Origin: a virus
Taxonomy: Duplodnaviria; Heunggongvirae; Uroviricota; Caudoviricetes
DNA length: 63,911 nt
IMG/VR virus record: IMGVR_UViG_3300012940_000021
Location: 1 to 63,911 of that record
Strand: one strand, 5' to 3'
Below, piece by piece: positions 58,902 to 63,911 of this stretch. Position 1 is the first letter of the stretch, and every line of letters starts with the position of its first letter. Made by a program: the position numbers and the translations under genes. A model generated the notes under the pieces. The model made no database searches. It saw only the letters and a list, made by a program, of their open reading frames with translations, and had not been told where the DNA came from.

Positions 58902-61900
58902 CGCTTGCTGTCCAGGTAGGCCACCTTGCGGATGGTGCGGGGGAGGGAATCGGACGCAGGCTCGGGGGCCGGGTTGTTGATGATGACGCTACCGATGAAC
59001 GGCCCCTCGCCGCCTCCCGGCCCACCGAAGCTGCCGAAGTCGGGGCCGGGAGGCTGGTCGCCGCCGAAGCCACCGAACGGGTTGCCGGGCACCAGACCGC
59101 CGCCGTCGAAGAACGAGAATCCGCCGCCCCGATCGTCCTTCTGCTTCGAGCCGCCGCTCTGCTCGGCCAGGGCGCGCTGGAGCATCTCGGCGTAGGACAT
59201 GACGCCCGCGTTGAGCTTGGTGAGGTTCTCGACGCCGATGTTCGCCACGACCGCCTTGCGGATGACGAACTCGCCCGGCGTGAGCATCGCGGGAACAGTG
59301 TCGCTGTTGCCTCGTCCCGGCACCCCTCCGCCCCCGGCACGCCGGAGGATGGAGCCGCCGTTGCGCTTGCCCTGCGTGGCGTCGCTGAAGCCCTGACCGA
59401 AGCTGCCCCAGAAGTCGTTCCACATCTGCGAGATGGAGTTGGGGATGTCCACCGTGAGCCAGGTCCAGAAGGCGTTGGCGGCTTCCCCGATCCAGTTCGG
59501 GATGTCCTCGGTGAGGAACTTCCAGAAGCTCGACGCGGCCTGTCCGATCCCGTTCGGGACCTCCACCGTGAGCCAGTTCCAGAAGCCTGTTGCGGCCTGG
59601 CCGATCCAGGCGGGCACATCGACGGTGAGCCAGTTCCAGAAGGCCGTCGCTGCCTGGCCGAGCCACGCCGGGAGGTCTACGGTGAGCCAGTTCCAGAAGC
59701 CCTGAGCGGTCTGCGACAGCCAGGCCGGGAGATCGACCGTCAGCCAGTTCATGAAGCCGTTCCACACCGAGGCGAGCCACGCGGGCATGTCCACGGTGAG
59801 CCAGGTCATGAAGCCGTTCCACACGCTCGCCAGCCAGGCGGGCATGTCCACGGTGAGCCAGTTCCAGAAGAGACCTGCTGCGTAGCCCAGGGAGTACGGG
59901 AGGTCCACGGTCAGCCAGTTCAAGAAGCCGTCCGCGATGGACCCGAGCCAGGCCGGGAGATCGACCGTCAGCCAGTTCATGAAGCCTTCGCCCACGTCCC
60001 CCAGCCAGGCTGGAAGGTCCACCGTGAGCCAGTTCATGAAGCCGTCCCAGACCTCACCCAGCCACTTGCCTACGTCGGAGAAGAAGTTGCCCCAGTCCTC
60101 CCACATCTGAGCGAGGTCATCGGGGTCCGACGTGGCGAGTCCGACGCCGCCGCCGACCACTCCGCCGATAGCGGCACCGATGGCCGTTCCAAGCCCAGGG
60201 ATGATCGACCCGACCAGGGCACCGATGCCCGCACCCGTGGCCGCGCCCGCGAGCGTGTTGCCGCCGACACGCTGCCCCGAACCAGCTTCGCCCTCAGGAG
60301 CGCTGGAGGAGATGAGGTCGCCACCGACCGTGCCGATGATCGAGGCGATGGCTCCGAGGCCGACGCCCCGTCCGGCCCCCTTGGCGATGGAGCCGAGCAG
60401 GTTGAACCCCTGACCGGCCTTAGCGCCTGCGGAGCCGGTGACCTTCCCACCAAGGCCAGACAGGAACGAGATCGCATTCTGGACCCCACCCCGTGCCGCT
60501 CCGGCGACTCCTGCCGCAGCTCCGCCGATGCGCGCTCCTGCGCCCGCAAGCGCTCCCCCGCCCCGTGCGGCGTGTGCGCCTCGACCGCCCCCTCCGAAGG
60601 CCATCCACACCTTGTCGAGGATGCTCATGATGCGCCCGCTCTTGGCGAGGCTGATGAGCAGGCCGAGGACCTTGGTCAGCCCGAAGAAGCGGAGCGCCGC
60701 GAGGGTGCCGAAGGTCGTCATCAGGAGCTGGAGGACCGGCTCGGGGATGGCCTTCAGGAAGCCGTTCAGGGCGTCGAAGAGGGTCGAGACCGTGTTGTAG
60801 AACGCCTTGATGCCCTCGACGCCGCCGTTCTCCAGGAGGGTGGCGATGGCCTCCACGATGGAGATGATGGCTCGGACGAAATCTTCTCCGACGCCGCTCT
60901 TGGTCAGCAGGTCGAGGATCTCGGAGAGCGCCGGACCCAGCTCGGTGCGGAGCAGGTAGACGATCTCGGTGAACTGCCGGATGTTGTCCGGGTCAGACGC
61001 CACCCGAGCGAACCAGGCGAAGAAGTCTGCGAAGAGGTTCTGGACCTCGGAGAGCAGGGGCTTGATGTTCTCCAGGTACTGCTGGAAGGGGGACCCTTCC
61101 TCACGCGCTCGCTGGCTTGCCTCCAGCCAACCCTCGGTGATGCGCTCCAGCCCGTCGGTGAGCCATTGACCGAACTCGCCCGCCGCTGCCGAGTAGTTGA
61201 AGAGCGCCTGGCCGACGTTCTTGACGATTCGCCACCACTGGGACATGGAGGCCCGGACCCGCTCCAGGTAGGAGGCGAGGGAGCCGTCAGCGCGGGCAGC
61301 CGCGACGATCCGCTCGAAGTTGGCAGCCCCCTCACGGAGACCCTCGGAGAGCGACTCCACGAACGGTCCCGCCGCAACGGCGAGATCGCGGAGCACGTTC
61401 AGCAGCGAGAGGGCAGCGTCACCCGTGTTCTCGATGATCGGGACGTTCTGCTCTCCGATGAGAACGAGGTCCCGCTCCCACTCGGGCGACGTGATGAGGC
61501 GCAGGAAGCGGTCCACGACCCGGCCCACCGCGCCCGCCGTGTTCGAGAGCAGGCTTTCGACCTCTGGAAGAAGGCCACGGAGGCGCTCCACCGAATCCAC
61601 GAACTGGGAGAAGAAGGTCTCCTGCACACGGCGCTGGAGGGCCTCCCACGCCTCCGACATGCTGACGAGGGTCTCCACGAAGCGACGTGCCGATGGAGAC
61701 AGCTTGGCCAGCATCCGCTGGTACTCAGCCGCCGCCGATGCGCCCCCACCCGTGGCCCGGTTCGCGCCGTTCTGGGCGTTGATGAGATCGAGTTCGGCGT
61801 CCCGCTGGCGATTGATGGCGTCCGTCAGGGCGCGGGTCGCCTGGATGACCTGGCGGTCGCCCTCGATGCCCTTCTGCTGCATCTCCAGCAGCGCGGCCTG

Positions 61901-63034
61901 GTTCTCCAGGTTCTGGTCGATGACATCCTGGAGGTCGGCCTGGGCCTCGTCCACGCCGACCAGGGCGTCCATCTTCTGGCCCTTGGTCGAGCCGGGGTCG
62001 GCCAGGACGTTGGCGTAGTTCTCGCGGGCGAGCTGGGCGTTGGCAGCCGCACGGGCCTCGGACATCGCCGCCCGGTCCACGGCCTTCTGAAGCTCGCGGA
62101 GGCGCTTGATGTAGTCCTTGCGAGCGTCATCGAGATCCTCCTGCGCCCAGGCCACGTCCTGGATCGAGCGCGCATAGGCTTCCTGCGCCCGAGTGATCTC
62201 CTCCGTCTGGGTCAGCTCGGCCCGCGCTGGAGCGCCGCCCCCTCCGCCCCCTGCGGCGTCCCGCATCGCGCCGAACGCCTTGAAGGCGTTGCCGATACCG
62301 CCGAAGGCCACCTTCAGGGCGGTGACCATCGAGATGAGGGTCGCCAGGGTCGGGACCAGACCGATTGCGCTGGCCGCGACTCGTCCCAGGCTGGAGGCGA
62401 ACCCGAGACCGGCAGCCCCGACCGCGCCAAGGCCAGAGATCAGGGGGTTGAGGAGCGCGATGATGCCGCCGATGACGGGGATCAGCGCGATGAAGGGCGG
62501 CACCAGTCGGGGTCGCCAGTTACCGATCCGGTTCAGTGCTCGGTCGAGCTTGGTCGCGCCGAAGATGGTGCGGTTGAAGGCGTTGCCCAGCGCGGTGGTC
62601 TCGTGACGACCCCGGCGAGTGGAGTTGGTGAAGCTGTCCACGGCCTTGCCGTTGCGCTCGATGACCCGCCGCACACCGTCCGCGCCTCTGCGCCACTTCT
62701 CGGTAGTGACCGCGATGTTCTCGTGGGCCTGGCTGGCCTGCTCAGTGGCCTCCGCATCCTTCTCCGCCGCCTTGGCGTTCTCGATGAAGCGGACCGTGGA
62801 GCGACGAACGGCACCCGCCTCGCTCTCGAAGGCATCGACCAGATCCTCGCGGCTCTTGACGTGCTTGCCTGCGGCGACCGTGGCAGCCGCCGATCCAGCG
62901 ACCGACTGGGCATTGAGCCGGGCCTCCTCGCGCCGGAGGTCCTGGATGTCTCGCTTCAGGCGGCGGGCGGCTCGGGAGGCGGCAGAGAAGTCCGCGATGG
63001 CCTTGTAGATGACTCTCGTCTGGTTGTCGGCCAC
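58898..63034 (-). CDS. Tape measure protein
   Basis: 1378 aa, Ala/Gly-rich helical, W/F repeats, C-terminal SDTVPAMLTPGEFVI, follows the chaperones. Confidence 0.92.
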   Translation of the reverse strand: MADNQTRVIYKAIADFSAASRAARRLKRDIQDLRREEARLNAQSVAGSAAATVAAGKHVKSREDLVDAFESEAGAVRRSTVRFIENAKAAEKDAEATEQASQAHENIAVTTEKWRRGADGVRRVIERNGKAVDSFTNSTRRGRHETTALGNAFNRTIFGATKLDRALNRIGNWRPRLVPPFIALIPVIGGIIALLNPLISGLGAVGAAGLGFASSLGRVAASAIGLVPTLATLISMVTALKVAFGGIGNAFKAFGAMRDAAGGGGGGAPARAELTQTEEITRAQEAYARSIQDVAWAQEDLDDARKDYIKRLRELQKAVDRAAMSEARAAANAQLARENYANVLADPGSTKGQKMDALVGVDEAQADLQDVIDQNLENQAALLEMQQKGIEGDRQVIQATRALTDAINRQRDAELDLINAQNGANRATGGGASAAAEYQRMLAKLSPSARRFVETLVSMSEAWEALQRRVQETFFSQFVDSVERLRGLLPEVESLLSNTAGAVGRVVDRFLRLITSPEWERDLVLIGEQNVPIIENTGDAALSLLNVLRDLAVAAGPFVESLSEGLREGAANFERIVAAARADGSLASYLERVRASMSQWWRIVKNVGQALFNYSAAAGEFGQWLTDGLERITEGWLEASQRAREEGSPFQQYLENIKPLLSEVQNLFADFFAWFARVASDPDNIRQFTEIVYLLRTELGPALSEILDLLTKSGVGEDFVRAIISIVEAIATLLENGGVEGIKAFYNTVSTLFDALNGFLKAIPEPVLQLLMTTFGTLAALRFFGLTKVLGLLISLAKSGRIMSILDKVWMAFGGGGRGAHAARGGGALAGAGARIGGAAAGVAGAARGGVQNAISFLSGLGGKVTGSAGAKAGQGFNLLGSIAKGAGRGVGLGAIASIIGTVGGDLISSSAPEGEAGSGQRVGGNTLAGAATGAGIGALVGSIIPGLGTAIGAAIGGVVGGGVGLATSDPDDLAQMWEDWGNFFSDVGKWLGEVWDGFMNWLTVDLPAWLGDVGEGFMNWLTVDLPAWLGSIADGFLNWLTVDLPYSLGYAAGLFWNWLTVDMPAWLASVWNGFMTWLTVDMPAWLASVWNGFMNWLTVDLPAWLSQTAQGFWNWLTVDLPAWLGQAATAFWNWLTVDVPAWIGQAATGFWNWLTVEVPNGIGQAASSFWKFLTEDIPNWIGEAANAFWTWLTVDIPNSISQMWNDFWGSFGQGFSDATQGKRNGGSILRRAGGGGVPGRGNSDTVPAMLTPGEFVIRKAVVANIGVENLTKLNAGVMSYAEMLQRALAEQSGGSKQKDDRGGGFSFFDGGGLVPGNPFGGFGGDQPPGPDFGSFGGPGGGEGPFIGSVIINNPAPEPASDSLPRTIRKVAYLDSKR
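59430..60070 (-). repeat. 11/22-aa tandem repeats in the tape measure (F[MW]NWLTVD[LM]PAWL)
   Basis: Nine NWLTV/TWLTV units at 22-aa spacing plus a KFLTE variant. Confidence 0.85.
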
Positions 63035-63052
63035 TGCTCACCCCCTCCTGCC

Positions 63053-63586
63053 TCAAAGCATCTTGCCGCGCCGCTTCAGTTGCCCGTCCATGAGTGCAAA
63101 CCGCTCGAAGGAGCCAACTCCGTTCTGATCGGCCACCTTCAGTGGGTCCACCCGCGCCAACGGATCGTTGCTGTCCGCCGAAACGGCTGGAGCCGCTCCG
63201 AGTAGTGCTGCTTCGATGTCGTCGTAGGCGAGTAGTCCGGCCTGCTTCAATGCCTTGTTCTCCTTGCCCTTCTCGATCATGTAGCCCGCTGCGATGAAGC
63301 CTGCGAGGTTCCGGGCCAGCCACGAGAACCGTGCGTTCTCCTCGCGGGCCGAGGCGTACCTCCGCATCTGGATCGCGGCGGTGATCTGTCGAAGTCGGGC
63401 TAGAGGCAGCTCTCCAATCTGCTCATCGGTCCATCCGTATTCCGACGACACGAGGTCGTAGGCTGCGGCGTACCCTCCGACCAGTCCATCAGGATCTAGT
63501 CCTTCGAACCGTTCGCGGAGGAGGCGCTCTGCTTCTCGGCTGCGCTCGGACGCTGAGCCTGAATCAGAGCGCCGAGGCGTTTTCCC
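63053..63586 (-). CDS. Tail assembly chaperone, -1 frameshift extension (gpGT-like)
   Basis: The -1 frame is open from the slippery site to the stop at 63053. Confidence 0.75.
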   Translation of the reverse strand, partial: GKTPRRSDSGSASERSREAERLLRERFEGLDPDGLVGGYAAAYDLVSSEYGWTDEQIGELPLARLRQITAAIQMRRYASAREENARFSWLARNLAGFIAAGYMIEKGKENKALKQAGLLAYDDIEAALLGAAPAVSADSNDPLARVDPLKVADQNGVGSFERFALMDGQLKRRGKML

Positions 63587-63911
63587 AGGGCGAGGATGTG
63601 CGGGGCCTCGACGCGGACGATCTCCTGCACGATGGTCAGGAGGTCCTCCAGCTCCGGGTCCTTCAGCTCGGCACGGAGGCGCTCCTCCAGCAGGACGTTC
63701 TTGTGGATGTCGTCCTTGGAGAGGCGACCCTCCTTGATGCCTGCCGGGGAGACCATCCGGTTGATGAACTCGATGGTCTCGTCCTCGGCTTCGGGGATGG
63801 CGAGGATCACCGCGCCGATGAGCTGCCCCGTGAACTCCTCCTGGCTCGTGTCCTCGGAGAAGCGGAGCTGACCGAGTACCTCCGCCGCTCCCCGCGTCAG
63901 GATCTTCAGCA
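63496..63911 (-). CDS. Tail assembly chaperone (gpG-like); 5' end lies outside the window
   Basis: Open frame to the window edge; position before the tape measure. Confidence 0.75.
   Translation of the reverse strand, partial: LKILTRGAAEVLGQLRFSEDTSQEEFTGQLIGAVILAIPEAEDETIEFINRMVSPAGIKEGRLSKDDIHKNVLLEERLRAELKDPELEDLLTIVQEIVRVEAPHILALGKRLGALIQAQRPSAAEKQSASSANGSKD
63580..63586 (-). other. -1 programmed ribosomal frameshift heptamer G GGA AAA
   Basis: GGGAAAA in frame (Gly-Lys) in the gene upstream of the tape measure. Confidence 0.75.

Noticed and set aside
26162-63205. Long plus-strand ORFs (e.g. 31390-34029, 28992-30911, 60572-63205)
   Set aside because: Antisense shadows of high-GC minus-strand genes; no RBS, motifs or independent context

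Overview
Left ~64 kb of a high-GC, tailed (siphovirus-like) phage of an actinobacterial host. All credible genes are on the minus strand; the long plus-strand ORFs are shadows. From high to low coordinates: tail assembly chaperone with a -1 slippery site, tape measure, minor tail genes and holin/membrane genes; then a replication/transcription block (SNF2 helicase, FliA/WhiG-like sigma, MazG, DnaB, ThyX, DNA methyltransferase, primase-type Zn finger, HAD phosphatase, ECF-like sigma, Pol III delta/delta'-like pair, family A DNA polymerase, SSB-like, RuvC-like, RecA, Orn-like exonuclease); then a tRNA array covering all 20 amino acids (34 tRNA genes in the window, one atypical) with a free-standing LAGLIDADG gene; then a Ro60/TROVE gene preceded by four tandem Y-RNA-like units; then small early genes, an amidase-LysM-Cpl7 endolysin far from the holin, and an SbcC-like ATPase. 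The window opens with a 295-bp C/G-run fold-back. The strongest candidate for a new system is an RNA module: Ro60, four Y RNAs, a Ro-site-like helix next to the ro60 ribosome-binding site, and several tRNA-mimic RNAs in and around the tRNA array. Four recurrent DNA motifs outline the regulatory network. All protein calls are motif recognition by eye, with no database search; counts are hand counts.
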